The notes beneath the pieces were generated by a model. It worked only from the letters and a program-made list of their open reading frames with translations, did not search any database and was not told the origin of the DNA. Shown piece after piece: positions 13,211 to 26,254 of a stretch of DNA of 64,000 nucleotides (the first letter of the stretch is position 1; each line of letters starts with the position of its first letter). The DNA comes from Camelus ferus (lineage: Eukaryota). The stretch lies in NCBI RefSeq assembly GCF_009834535.1, contig NC_045697.1, positions 105,650,001 through 105,714,000 of the forward strand. The letters run 5' to 3'. Made by a program: the position numbers and the translations under genes.

Positions 13211-15409
13211 CATTTCAAGGAGAAAATATTATCTGAATCCTTTTCTCCTCAAGAAATTAAATTATTCAAGTTCTCACAGTCACTAATAGTATGTTAACCA
13301 AGTATTGTCTATGGGGAGCTCTACACTAAAAAGACAAATGATTTGGAAGTAATGTATCAAAATAGCCAACTCATGCATTGCAATTTCATAATTTGTATAT
13401 AAATGGATTCACTTAGGTAAGCAGTCTCCTTATGGGTTTGCCCATGCCATAGTAATTTGCTTAGCTAGCCCTTTTTTCAAGAGATAGCACAAAGGTAAAC
13501 ATCAACTCATGTCTCAGCAATTATCTGATTAATGAAAACCATATCAATTTGGATTTATCTTCATGCTATTTTGGGAATATACTATACTATTATAGTTATA
13601 CTCTAAGAGATCAATTTGTCTTGAGTGCTAAAGGTCGTATAATATTAAATCTATCTCTTGGAAAGTGGTAAACAGTATCAAAAACATGTTTACCTACTTT
13701 TCATAGTTCAAAGTAAGGAAGCACTTTAGTTGTTAAAGCTGGTTTACATCAAAAAGTTAATAACGCTTTACATTTTTTAAAATATCTTTTAACCCTCAGA
13801 GAAAAGAACTAAGCAATCAGTGTTAAAATTCCCATTTTTACATCCAAAAACATCTGGAAGAATGGGCCTCAGAGTGGTAGAAAAGCAAGCCACAGTTTTT
13901 GCTTTTCTTGAAGCCTGTTTTCAAAGAGAGGAATGTCTTGCTGTGCGGTTTTTCTGGCCCTGGAAGAAGTAAGGCATGGAGGGAGCGGTTTACTAGGAAA
14001 AAGGATGAGGCTTTACACCAGCCCTATGTCTGCTATTCAGCACCTTCTTGACTGCTGGAACCTGAGTGCTGGGAAGGCTCAGGTGCTCTCATGGGGACAT
14101 GCAGTGGCATAACCTCAGTGTCCACTCAGAGGGGAATTGTCCTTTCCCTTTATCCTCATGCAAAGAGGCATCGACCCAAACAGTGGTGGGAAAGACCAAG
14201 ATGCAATTTAAAAAGCACAACAGAAACACATGCCTTAATTAAGCATGATTCAGTGGAACCAAATTCATGTTCATCAGCACACTGTAATCATAGCTTTTTT
14301 CCCTGCTGGTGAGAACACTGATCTCAAGCAGTCTCACCATGGAAGAAGAGCAGGTTGGCTCTCATCCTTGACCTGGACTGAAATGAAGCCTGTTCCTCAA
14401 ACCCCAGATAACAGGCTTACCTTTCCATATTCTCAATGATCTGTCTGATGCTCCATGGAGTGTCTTCTTCACAAAAGTTTAATTCTCTACACAAACATTT
14501 CTCTGTCTGCAAAGTACTGTGGGAAACAAAAATGGACCAAGACATTTCTTAACTTTCATTGAAACCCGGACAGGAAATGATAAGATGGAATGCCACTCTT
14601 TCAGGTTCTCTTCAAGGGAATAAAAGAAACAAAACCAAAACCAAAATGCATACCTCTATGTAAAATCATCCAGTTTAAATCTCTGATTGTCCCCTTGCTG
14701 ATCTACCCTATTCCCCAGGAAACACCTGCCTCTCCGGTTGGCCCTTTGTTGGTCAATGACAGTGCGTCAAGGGGAAATAGCATTTCCTCTGTGTTGGACG
14801 TCTCTTTGTTAGAGCTGTATCACATTCAGGCATTTTTCTTTCCTTTCTTTGATGGAGGAAAAAGGCAGGATGATGAGAACGCCCTGACTGACATCACCAG
14901 ATTACCTTTTAATTATAAAGCTATTCCAGTCGGATCTCTAAGACTTGAATATGCCTTCGACTCAGAGATGTAATTGGAATTTTCTCTTGTGGTTCCATTT
15001 TCTTCTGAAGGGTTACAGAATTAGAGCTAATAGATGGATGGAGAAAGGGTATTCCAGAACATTATTTTTAATTTGGTGGGATTGTCCATTTTGTAATATT
15101 CATGTCTCTCAGCCCCTTCACATGCACTTCTTCCCTTGATGCTTCAATTACCCTTTTTTTTTAAAGGCACATAATTCCATTATCAGATGTACTTTCTTTT
15201 CCCTGCCATGTCTTTTCCATTTTGGAGTTGTAGGGAATTGTGTTCATTTTTGTTTTTAAACTACATAATCATTGGCTTTTCGCTAATAGTACTTACAGCT
15301 ACCTTTTTGACACAGTAAAACTATGAAAGTGGTTCCTCCAAAATTCTTGAAGACCGTGAGAGTAAAGATTTATACCCAAAGGCTCTTTCATGCCTTTATT
15401 TCCCCCACT

Positions 15410-15510
15410 GTCAATTTCATCTTGATGTAGAGAACATGTCTTATTTGTATTTAAGTTACTATTGTCTGTCATATATTAGGGGCTCAAATTTGTTTGGTGA
15501 ATGAATAAGA
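15410..15510 (+). mobile_element. L2 3' end
   Basis: CATGTCTTATTTGTATTT...GGGCTCAAATTTGTTTGGTGAATGAAT terminus. Confidence 0.55.
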
Positions 15511-15679
15511 TCTATGTATTTTTCACATTTCAAAATTTCTGAAAAACAAAATTTTTCTTCATTTAAAAGTACTAGTATTTGAATTCTAAAAAACAAAAAT
15601 AGCATTTATTTCAGCTCATGGCAACATTTGTAGGGAAATAATATGTTGTAGAGGTCGTATGTTAAAATAATATGTTAGA

Positions 15680-15960
15680 CTAAAGAGAATGTAATAAGTG
15701 AATTAAAATCCACACTAGAGTTAAGTAAATGTAGAATTAATGCTGAGAAAAATCAAATCAGTGATGCAGAGGAAATTGTGGGAGTTCCCCCCAGTGCATG
15801 CTTTTATGCAAAAAAAAAAAAAAGAGTGAGATCAAGATAACAAATTAAAAAGCCAACCTTGTTAATGGATAATCCTTGAAGGAGAGAACAAAACAAATGG
15901 GAATGAAACACTAATGAAAGATGTATTGGAAAAAAAAAATTTCTGAGCTAAAGAAACACC
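15680..15960 (+). mobile_element. Ancient L1/HAL1 ORF1-region remnant
   Basis: AGAATTAATGCTGAGAAAAATCAAATCAGTGATGCAGAGGA...TCCTTGAAGGAGAGAACAAAACAAATGG...AAAATTTCTGAGCTAAAGAAA resemble L1 ORF1 coding sequence. Confidence 0.55.
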
Positions 15961-16859
15961 ATTTAGCTTGCTTATTTCAATTTTCCAGTTCTTCTTGTAA
16001 CAATCATATCTTATTGTCTTTGTATACCTTGTAAAATTAAATACAAATTCCTAAGATTTTATGTGGATTACTGGTTATACATGAAGAGATCATTTATAAT
16101 TTTAGAATAGTTAGGATGCTTTTTAATTTTCTTTGCGTGAAAGTCAAGGAAAGTTTAAACACAGGTGATTAAAATCTCATCTAGGTTGATTTATAAATCT
16201 GAGTTAAATTTGAGTTAAATTTTAATTAAAGCACTAGATAAAGTTTTGATTTATGAAGGATTGATAGTGGTTTAAAAAATATGTGTCACATTCAGGAATC
16301 TAAAACATTAGCCATGGAGGTGATTCATTGTTTAGGCTTAATAACATATATAAGTTTAATAACAGATATGTTTAACAACATTCTTCCTGGCTTGGGACAG
16401 AGTAGGCTGTAAACATGAATAACATAGAATTCTTATCATCAAAGAAACTGATAATAACGTGGTTGAGGGGGAAAATATCTGTAATAAAAATAAAGACATG
16501 AACAAAGAAAGGATCATTAAAAGTATAAAACTTGATTTGAATAAGGAATTAAGAAGCTTCAAAATGTCATATTAGACCATGAGTTATATAATAGGGGCAA
16601 TTTCAAAGCATGTGAAGAATTATGATTTATTTGAAAAAAAATTCTTCAGATTCTGGATACTGGGAATCACTTGGATCGAGAGAGTTTTTTTAAAATATTG
16701 TCACTGTGGCACCAGCTATTTTTGATCATTCTAGCTCTCTGGAAATGGAGTTGTTTGATCTGTTTCTCCTCTCACATTCTGCTTCTTTTTTGGACCTCCT
16801 CTTCCTCCTCCACCTTATCATTATAATAGCTATAATTTATTAGACCTTAAAAAAAACTA

Positions 16860-17125
16860 GCAGTTAATATTTGTGTATTATGTATTCTGTGCTGGGCATT
16901 GTCCCAAATGTATTACTTAATAATCTGCATTCATTATTCAACAATCTTCATAACAACTTTATGAGGTAGATATTATCTTCATTCCCATTTTACAGATAGG
17001 AGAAGCAACAAGAATTCAAATACCTTGCCCACGGTTACAACTTACAAATGGCAGGGCTAGGATTTGAACCCAGGCTGTCTGGCTCTAGACTTTGTGTGTT
17101 CTTAATTGCTGTGCTGCACTGCCTA
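16860..17125 (-). mobile_element. MIR SINE, near full length
   Basis: ATTCCCATTTTACAGATAGG...CTTGCCCACGGTTACA...GGATTTGAACCCAGGCTGTCTGGCTCTAGA. Confidence 0.9.
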
Positions 17126-17149
17126 TGACTAAGCCCTGTAATTGGTGCT

Positions 17150-17300
17150 ATAATTATCTGCATAAGCTCTTCATAAGAACCTGCCAAAATAGAGATTACT
17201 ATCTTTATTTTCATATGATAAAACTGAAGATTAATTAAACATTTCAAAGTCACAACTAGGACTTAAACCCAGGATTGGATGAATTCAGTGCCTGTTTTCA
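17150..17300 (-). mobile_element. Second adjacent MIR fragment
   Basis: TTTTCATATGATAAAACTGAAGATT...AAGTCACAACTAGGACTTAAACCCAGG. Confidence 0.65.
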
Positions 17301-18283
17301 TTACCCCAAACTCTCCCATAACGGAATTTTAGATAAGATATCCTCTAAGCAGGACTTTCAATCTGAACAAAAAAATCCATATACTATGAATATGTAATAT
17401 ATTTTAGATATGTGATTTTACTTTTGGGAGGTCTGTTTTTAAACAGATTTCAAAAGTAATTTTTTTATAGGAATACATCTAATGCTTGGTAACAAAGCCT
17501 TTTATTTATAAATACAGGATTGCAAAAGGTACATGTTTCTTAGTCTGTTCCTAAAGGGAAATACTGAGGACAACAAAAATAAAAGTCATTTCAATACATT
17601 AAGCCATGCTCAACTTAATCTACAGCAATTTTAGAGCAAATGAACTGTTTGGTTTGTTATGATTATATTATGTTACCTGATACTAGAACAACATGTACAG
17701 ATAAAGGAAATTAACATTTAAATCACCATATCAAGTCTAACAAATTTACTTACTGCTATGAGTGTTTTCCATGAAGAATACGGTGCTGGATCAAAAAGAT
17801 AATTGGACCAGTGTTCCTGAATCTTGTATAGATGATCTTGAGAAGAAACCTTCCTTTAAACTCAAAGCTAATGACCTAGTAAGATGTGTGCTTAGAGTTT
17901 TTTTTCAGACAATGAAGGGTTTTTTTAGGCTGTCCCCATTCTCACTTGGAGGCCCCTGGTGTCACAGACTCCCAATTTATATGACAGCTGGCTGACACAG
18001 AGTTATCTGTGGCAAACTAGATGAAACCAACTGGTCTGCCGTATAGAATGAGTCTCTGGTTTTCACATTTCTTGTCATTATTTTTCTAACTGACTGATCT
18101 GTCCAATTTAGACCATCTTCCAATTTGGTTTATTCATCTTGTCTGTTTGTGTGATTCTGAGTAAATTTTTCAGTCTCAGCCCTTTTTATACATAAAGTTA
18201 AGAAAGCAACATACTGTCTTTGCATAGTAATTTGAATGAACACTCTTTTTTGGTGAATTGTCAGGTAAAAGTGTTACGAAAAG

Positions 18284-18307
18284 TTTTTTTCTTTTCTTTC
18301 TTTCTTT

Positions 18308-18381
<74 letters not shown>

Positions 18382-18592
18382 TTCCTTCCTCCTTCCTTCC
18401 TTCCTTCCTTCCTTTCCCTTCTTTTCTCTCTCTCTTTCTTCTTTTTTCTTTTCTTTTCTTTTCTTTTCTTTTCTTTTCTTTTCTTTTCTTTTCTTTTCTT
18501 TTCTTTCTTTCTTTCATTCTCTTTCTATTTCTCTCTCTCTCTCTCTCCCCCTTCCTTACTTCCTCCCTTCCTTCCTTCTTTTCTTTCTTTCT
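18284..18592. repeat. Compound polypyrimidine microsatellite (TTTC)n-(TTCC)n-(TTTTC)n-(TC)n
   Basis: About 300 nt of C/T with only a few As and no G. Confidence 0.97.
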
Positions 18593-21299
18593 GAAACCAC
18601 AGTTTGCTTGTTCAAATTTGATCTAACTCAAGTTCTCTTTGGGTAAAAGCCAATTCGAAATATGTCTCAAGTTCCTGACCTGAAAGAAGCAAATAAAGGC
18701 AGGAAATTTAAGACCAACTAGTGATTTTTAATATGACAGTGAAAATTTTTGTTGATTTTTGGTATCTTTTTATCTTTAAAAAAATAGATTTAAAATGCTA
18801 ACAAAGCCCAGTCCAGTCTTCCTTTGAAAATGAAAAAAGAACTGGGGGTGCGGTGGTCATTTAATGGTGGGTATATGAAAATGACAGCATCCTAGAGAGC
18901 AAGATGTAAATATTTTTAAATGAGGATATTGAAGACTTTTTTCTTGCCATGCTAAAGGCAACACGTACAGAGAAGAGTTATAATGCCTACAGGGGGTAAA
19001 AAGCTGAACTGGTTTTTTGAAATAAATATTATTGGGACGTACCTCTTTCTTCCTGATAGGGCTCAAATAAATGAATGATTAAATATATTATCAAATCTTG
19101 GTTTTTGGGAAAAGCTATACACGGTTTTATTTATCAGATGGTTATTTTTTCAAAGGGATTTTATGTGTCTATCCGTCACTGAAAAATTTTATCTTACCTT
19201 CTTTCTCCTATTCCGAGCATCACAACTAGGCCATTGCTCTTATTCTCTCACTGTTTAGCCATCTCTGATGTTCCTGGTGCAGAGTATTGTGATGCCCCCC
19301 ATAAAACATGACATGCAGGTATCCAGATTGGAGCTTCAGTTATTCCTTGTTCCTTCCCTGCAGCTTTATGGGCACTGCAAAACAGCCTTTTGTGTAGGCT
19401 CTCTGAGATCCTGAGTCTGAGCTTATGGGCAATCTACTATAATGTTAAAGAAGGTAAAACAAGTCAAGAAAAAATTTGAATTAAATTTCATGTCTCTATT
19501 AATGAGAGAATGCTTCCATATTTTTAACTTCCACCTGAAAATTTTTCTTTTTGAATTTGCCTTTAATTTCACAGTACTTAAAAATTCCCTTAAGACCAAC
19601 TAGTAGTCGTCAAGTTTAATTTAAACAAGAAAAAGAGATGATAACATGATCATGCTTTTAAAAAAAATAAGGGGATATTAAAAATGAAGGATTTGATGTA
19701 GTTTCTGTCCCAAATAGTCATCTCACTTTGTCCTGTAATATATGCCACATCGCCCCTTGAGCTGGTACGTTCAGTTTTAGGTAACGCCTAAAACTGAGAC
19801 ATAAGGTGCTCACATTTATGAATGAATTTAAAATTACACTCCAGACTTGGACAAGGGACTCATATGAAACCATTTATGCTGGAGGAAATGGAGAGTGGAG
19901 AAGAAACCCCACTGGCAGTGACAGCACCCTGCATCTTGTGTATATTCACAACCTGTGATTGGTGGAGTGGCCAGACCTGGAGAGGGCTGTGCCCTCTTCG
20001 CCCATTCCCTCTTTGTACAGCAGATTATTTTGTAGGCATAAACTTGCATTGTATCAAAGCTGCATTAATGGCTCATTCTACCCGAAGAGTTTTCTGCTTG
20101 ACCCAGGGGTAAGCCCATTAGAAGAGAAATGTGGCAGGGCAGAGAGAGAAGAGTACCATCGTTCTCTTATTAATAAGAGAATGATTATATATATTAGTAT
20201 ATTCCTTTGTGAGTTCTTTTCAATCATCTTACCTCTATGATAGGTACACTCTTTCACCTTTGAAAAATTCAGTGTGTCATCATCTTTCATCCTTAGCTTT
20301 CTTTTGGGATGGGGATCATTAGCAATTGAGAAACTTTTACTCAGGTTTCAGATTGAAGGAGGTCATTTAAAGTAAGCTGAACCCATGTAAGTACTCATTT
20401 TCACTAAATACTAGAAAACCTCACCTCAATACAAAAGCCTGTGTTTAAAATATCATCAATGGACGTTCATTTGTTAGCTGGAGAGAGTCTTCCTGGCATG
20501 AGTCCAGGCTTGTCTCCAGGAGTAAAAAGAGAACATTTTGTGTTCTACCTGCCAGGTGAGAATCTGAGTCATACCTTCCAAACTGGTGTTTTTGGAGGCA
20601 GAGAGCCAATGAGAAATTTAAACTGTAGCAGTCTTCCTTCTTCATATAATGCATAAAATATTGACAAAGTGTATAATATGGATGGTTTTTAATTTCCAGA
20701 TCTGCTTATAAAGTTCTAATAAACGATCTAGGAGAACATGAGCTAATTTAGAACATAATTCTTGGAGGAGTGTGTTATGCCCCAGGGCTCTGGCTTTGGA
20801 GAGAGAGACCTTTGATAATATTTAGCATTTTTCCACTGAGACTCTTGTGTAGCATAATATGAGTAGTTCTATGCTAGGATGTTTCATTTCCCTAAAACAG
20901 TTTTTCTCTTATTAGCATTCCTGGGCTTTTTTTTTAAAATGATTATAGAATGTGATCGGATTAATAAAAGGTTTTCTAGGAGACAGCTCAATTCATTGAT
21001 AGGATTTTTATTATTAAAATTAGCTTTAAAATATTATATTTTGAAACAATTGATGAATGAGTTAAATAGAGTGTGCACTGTTAAACTAACGTTTTGATTA
21101 TGGTTTTGAAATTGAGAACTTCACTTTTTCTGAAGTAATGATGGGTTTGGTGTGATTCTGTTACTTAAATTATTTCCTCCTCTTATCCATGCTATAATCA
21201 GACTTTAACAGTTGAAAATATTCATATTGTTAGTCTCTGTTATTACAAGAGTCTTATATTCACTAAACTGTCTTTTCTCCTTATCCTTCTTGTTTTCCA

Positions 21300-21925
21300 A
21301 CGTGTGGGATTTCCAATACCACCAAGCAATTAACTAAATTCTGACTCTTGCTACCCAGAGATAGTGTCAGATCCCACAGGTTAAGGGCTCAGTCCTACAG
21401 CACTGACCCCCGCCCCAAATTCAGATACCAGACATAAGCCTAGGTTGTCACCTGTGCTTCTGACTGACCAGCTATAGATGGGAGGTTCCCAGGACTCTAC
21501 CTCCTCAGGTTTGATAAGTTTGCTAGTGCGCCTCAGAGAACTCAGAAACATTTTCCTTACTAGATCACTGGTTTATTATAAGAGGATAAAACTCAGGAAC
21601 AGCCAGATGGACGAGAGCATAAGGAAAGGTGCAGGGAAGGGATGCAGAGCTTCCACACCCTCTCCAGGTGCCTTTTAGGGTCTCATGGAGGCTGCATTAC
21701 ATAAACATGATTGATTGATTCATTGGCCGTTGGTGATTGAGCTCAACCTTTAGCCCCTCTCTCCTCCCCGGAGGTGGGGGTGGGGGATGGGGGAGCTGAA
21801 AATTCTAACCCTCCAATGGCAGGACTGGCTCCATTTAAGGACCAGCCTCTACCCTTAGGTGCTTTCCAAAAGTCACCTCATTAACATAACAAAGGACATC
21901 TTTGTCCTCATCACAGTATCACAGG
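21300..21925 (-). mobile_element. MER21-family ERVL solo LTR
   Basis: GATCCCACAGGTTAAGGGCTCAGTCC...GTTGTCACCTGTGCTTCTGACTGACCAGCTATA...TTTGCTAG...AGAACTCAG...GGTTTATTATAA follow the recalled MER21 consensus. Confidence 0.8.
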
Positions 21926-22059
21926 TGCTCTGGCCTGCAATTGTTTACTCTCTTTTAGAAACCTTGATTTCAACTCAAACATCACAGTCTAGTAGTGATA
22001 CAAGTATTGTTTTCCATTGCAACACACAGTGATAGACAACTTTTCTTAAGTTCTGTTCT

Positions 22060-22600
22060 GTATTTCTTGCCTTGCTTAAATAAGCTTCTCAGTGCCAACA
22101 GCTTTAGACCAAGGATTAGCCTGTCCTTCAAAGACCTCTATTACATGATCTCATGCTACCTTCCAAGCTTAACTCTCATGACACTTCCACAGGAACTGTG
22201 TACTTTCCAGCAACCAAGCTAGTCACTGCCCCTTCAACAACCTACATACAACTTCTGTTTCACATTTTCTCTGGCCTTCATTGCCTTTCCTTTCCCTTTA
22301 TAAATTCTCATTACCTTATTAAATCTGATTTAAAAGTCATTTTTTGCTTGAAATATCTCCACATGAATTCTAGTCATAGCCCTCTCTCTCCTCACTTTGG
22401 ATTTCAGTAGCGTTCACTGTTTATTAGATAACATTCACCAGGCAAATACATGAGAACTTGAAATGTATCTTTTTCTTTTCTTAGAATAAAAAGTTTCTTA
22501 AGGGCAAAAACTCTGTCTTATCTGTCTTATTTATGTAGTGCACACAGTACCTGCTCCATAGAAGGCGCTCAATGTTTGCTGAAAAGAATGGAAGGAAGGA
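22060..22600 (+). mobile_element. L2 3' portion
   Basis: CCTTCAAAGACCTCTATTACATGATCTCATGCTACCTT...AAGGGCAAAAACTCTGTCTTATC...GCTCAATGTTTGCTGAAAAGAATG. Confidence 0.75.
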
Positions 22601-23449
22601 AAGAAAGAAGAGAGGGAGGAAAGGAATGGGGGATGGAGGAGGAGAGAGAGAAAGAGAGAAAGAGAGTTTTATCTCTTGTCTCAACAGGAATGTAAATTTT
22701 CACTGTGTCTTTGGGTAAAAAAAAGCCATGAATATGCACGGCCAAATTGCAGATGCTGAAATATTCATTCATTCATTAAGTTAAAGTTCCTCCCTCTCAG
22801 TGACCATGAGGGATTTCTGCTCTCTGTAATCGCAGGAAGTGTAGCCTCATCATCTTAACATTTGGGAAAATGACATAGTTTCTTCTCACCTAGTTTTTGA
22901 GCATATCTGTTAGCTATGTTGTCCATCTCCATAACTGCACAAAAATGAAGGTTTTCTCTCACTGAATATTCTCATCATTAAATATATTTTAAAGACTCAA
23001 ATTAGAATTTCTAAATCATCTTCTGCAGGTTAAGTATATTAAATATACACATAGCTAGCTAGCCAGATAGATAATGATTATGGCTGGGTCATTGTTACAA
23101 CAAGCACACATATAAGGAAAGCCTCAAAATGACCTTAATCTCTCTGTGATGATGAATACCTACTCTTTCAGATGCCAGAAAGCAGCAATCTGAGCCTTTA
23201 CTGAAGTAGACTTATAAAGGACGTATATTCTTATGTTAGTGGGCTGGTTGGTCTGTGTGCCTTCATTCTACATATTTTTTTCTACCTCAATGGCCAGGAA
23301 ATGGGGCATCTGTTCACTTTTTTGTTTAATGTCATCTATTCGTAAGGTAGTGATGGATTTCCTAGTCAACTCTGCCTATAAAAAAGATGAGAGACCAGTA
23401 GATTGCTCTGGAATCTTTTCTACCAACCCTGTACACCATATCCGAACAG

Positions 23450-24080
23450 TTAGGATACACTCAGCAGAAATAAAACTTAAGGATGGTGGCCAGGTTGATT
23501 AGTTTAGCAGCTCAGTGGTGGTTCTTTCCATCTTTCTGCATTGCTGTCCCAGCTAGGTTGGCTAGCTCCACACTGCTGAAGCTCCAAGGATCACTTTCTA
23601 TACATTGATTTCAGAGAAGGGTTAAGATCAAGTTCTTTTCTTTGACATTAAAAAATATTAAAAATGAAGAATCTTTTTCTAAAAGCCTTTTAACCCTTTT
23701 CATGTTTTCTATTAATTTTATTCCTTCTCCAAATTCCTTCTCCAGTTAGAATCTAGGGCTCGTGTGGGCAGAGACATTTCTGTTTTGTCCGCTGCTGGTT
23801 CCCCTTGTGTCTGCCATGTAGTAGGTGCTTCAGTAAATATTTGTGGAATGAATGGATGTGGATATCTGCACATGTCTATTGTCCAAACTGAACTGCATGC
23901 GTGCCCTTTCCCCAAACCAGTCACAGACAAGGAAGATGAGACCCTGTGACTGACTGTGACCCCTCAGAGTTTTTCTGAGTTGAAGGGGGAAGGGTAAACC
24001 CCAGAACAGACTGGGACCCTGGCAGCATGAAAAGAAGCCGGGTGGCTGTTAGGTTGGTAATACACACGGTCTGCCCTAAA
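23450..24080. mobile_element. Old MaLR LTR (MLT1-like) interrupted by an L2 3' end
   Basis: CAGCTCAGTGGTGGTTCTTTCCATCTTTCTG...CCCAAACCAGTCACAGACAAGG...GGCTGTTAGGTTGGTAA MLT1-like motifs. Confidence 0.55.
23735..23858 (+). mobile_element. L2a-like 3' end
   Basis: GGGCAGAGACATTTCTGTTTTGTCC...GTAGTAGGTGCTTCAGTAAATATTTGTGGAATGAATGG. Confidence 0.8.
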
Positions 24081-24774
24081 GGTCATAGCTGGAGATTTTG
24101 TGTGGGGGCAGAAGTCCGTATTTGTAGTATGTTTTCAGTAATGTGGGGTTAATAGAGAAAGAAGCAAGTATGAACTAAAAAGCAGTAAAAACTTTTTCTG
24201 ACTAGGAAAGAAATGAAACAACACTGAATGCTGTAAGGTGACTGAGTCGTGCAGCTTAAGATTACCCAGCTGTTGCCCTATGGACTCCATCTACTTCAGG
24301 CTTTCTAACGCCCAGTGCAGCGTTAGCTATTTAATTGAACTTTGCAGTAAAACTTTGTTTTGCCTGTCCCGTTTTCAGGCATTATCAGGAATGCTTAATC
24401 ACATTATTAGGAAGTATTATCCAAAGTTACTTGGAGAAATAAACTGTTTCAGATATTTTAGTTTTATTTATTCACATTAAATTTTATCTTTCTAGATTTA
24501 GGCCTGAACGTCCTGCAAAAAACTTTTAAGTTCTGATTGTGCTACCTACTGTACTTGCTGCAACTTGCTATTAGAGACTCTTATTTTGGATGTATTTGGA
24601 CCAATTAACAGTCTTGGGTTTAATGGTTGAAGTAATTAGTTCTCCCCCAAACTGCATGTCATTGACCTTGTATTTTTCCGTCTTGTATGCTTCCATCATG
24701 AAAGCTTTTAATAAATACTTTTCTGAAAAATAGTAATTGGAGACTTTAGTCCAGATACATTGGTGCATAAAGAT

Positions 24775-24835
24775 AGAAAGAAAGAAAGAGAGAGCGAGCG
24801 AGCGAGCGAGCAAGCCAGCAAGCAAGAAAGAAAAA
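24775..24835. repeat. Compound (GAAA)n-(GA)n-(GAGC)5-(AAGC)n microsatellite
   Basis: Read directly; (GAGC)5 at 24792-24811. Confidence 0.9.
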
Positions 24836-25334
24836 CATTTTCTCCCTTTGAAATCTGTAGTTCTGTCCAGAGATTTTTGTTTTATTTTCAAATAAGAAAT
24901 GCTTTTAATAATCACCGGTGGAATCTTGATCATGTTTCATGAATACACTTAGGCATAAATTTCTAAAATCCACCTTCTCCTCTTGAACATTAAATCTGTA
25001 TTTGTCTGTTTCCTAGTATCATGTATTTATTTTATTCTCCAGGATTTCTCAAAGGTTTCCAATTTGCTCCAAAAGTCTTATTGGGTATCCTCTTAAAACT
25101 TTTGGAAGGATCTCAAACCAATTTTGAAGGGCAAATTCTTCTTCCTTACTTTGGGCTTTAGGACCTTTTCACCAGTATTCTGCTTCTGATAATCTGATAA
25201 TTAAGTTCCCTGGCAACTAAGATGGAAGCTAAAGGAAATTGAGTGTTTCTACTCTCATTACCATGTATTAATAGCGTACCATCATTTCCATCCGATGATT
25301 TTCTTCCTTAAACATTCAGAACAAAATAGATGAT

Positions 25335-25552
25335 CTCCTGTAGTGAGTAGACACATGGTCTCTAGAGTGTGCCTTCCTGAATATGAGCCCTGGTTCTGCC
25401 AAGTATCGGCACGGTGATCTCTCTGAGTCTGCACAATGGGAGTAATGATAGCATGGCATTCGTCGCACTGATGCAAAGTTTACATGAGATAATGCCCAAA
25501 GGTACTCAGCATAGTGCTGGGCAGTTTGTAATTGCTCAAAAGTTGTAGTTGA
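25335..25552 (+). mobile_element. MIR SINE
   Basis: CCTGGTTCTGCCA...CTCTCTGAGTCTG...AATGGGAGTAATGATAG...ATGAGATAATG...CAGCATAGTGCTGGGCA. Confidence 0.8.
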
Positions 25553-26254
25553 TCTGTCATGTTAGAAAAAAAAAAGAGAGATGTGGTATGGAAGCTAGGA
25601 GTAATGAAGTTTGGGGGAAAGTTTCGAACACGTGATAGAAAATGCAGTGGAACTAGGAGATTGAATGTTCTGCCAGGGATCAAGGTGTCACCTGCACGTG
25701 ACATTGTGTATTTGCTGCTTTTGTATACAGTACTTGCTATTAGATTCTACAGCAGTAGTTTAACCCTCATGACAAGTGATGACTGTAGCAATTTAGAGGG
25801 CGTGTAACCCCTAAAGAACCAGTAAACTTATCTGGGCTTTGACCTTTGCTTCCTGTAAGCGCTTGGAAAGTGTCAGAGTTTTTTTTTCCTTTCCCCTGAA
25901 TCTTACCTCAGATGCCCTTTGGTGAGTCTAATATTTCAGGCACTACCCTTTGAGACATGAATTTTTCTCCTCCCATTCATCCCCTCCCTTTATAAACATG
26001 AACTGTGAATCTGAGCCTGTATCTAAATGGGCTCTCTCCTTGCTGAGAATGTATTAGATCCATTGATCTTCAGGATCTGGAAGTCATCTGTAGTTCACTG
26101 TGTTAAAGTCCATGCCATGTGTTGTTTTGTTCTCCTGTAGGACTTGCCCAACTGTGAACTCTAACTTGAAAATAGACAGTGAAACCTTTGTCTAGTGCTA
26201 GATTGTGTGTTTGTCAGACGTTGTAGGGTGAGTGGTAAAAATAAACATGTCACA

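Noticed and set aside
14590..14973. 127-aa plus-strand ORF with an internal acceptor-like site
   Set aside because: No recognisable homology and no convincing in-frame donor.
18176..18626. Three ORFs of 113-124 aa rich in K/E/R or F/S/L
   Set aside because: Translations of the polypyrimidine microsatellite, which lacks stop codons.
20021..20108. Plus-strand exon-like segment (ctttgtacag ... GGG/gtaagc)
   Set aside because: Neither open frame is recognisable; such pseudo-exons are common (similar ones at 10414-10598 and 11781-11825).
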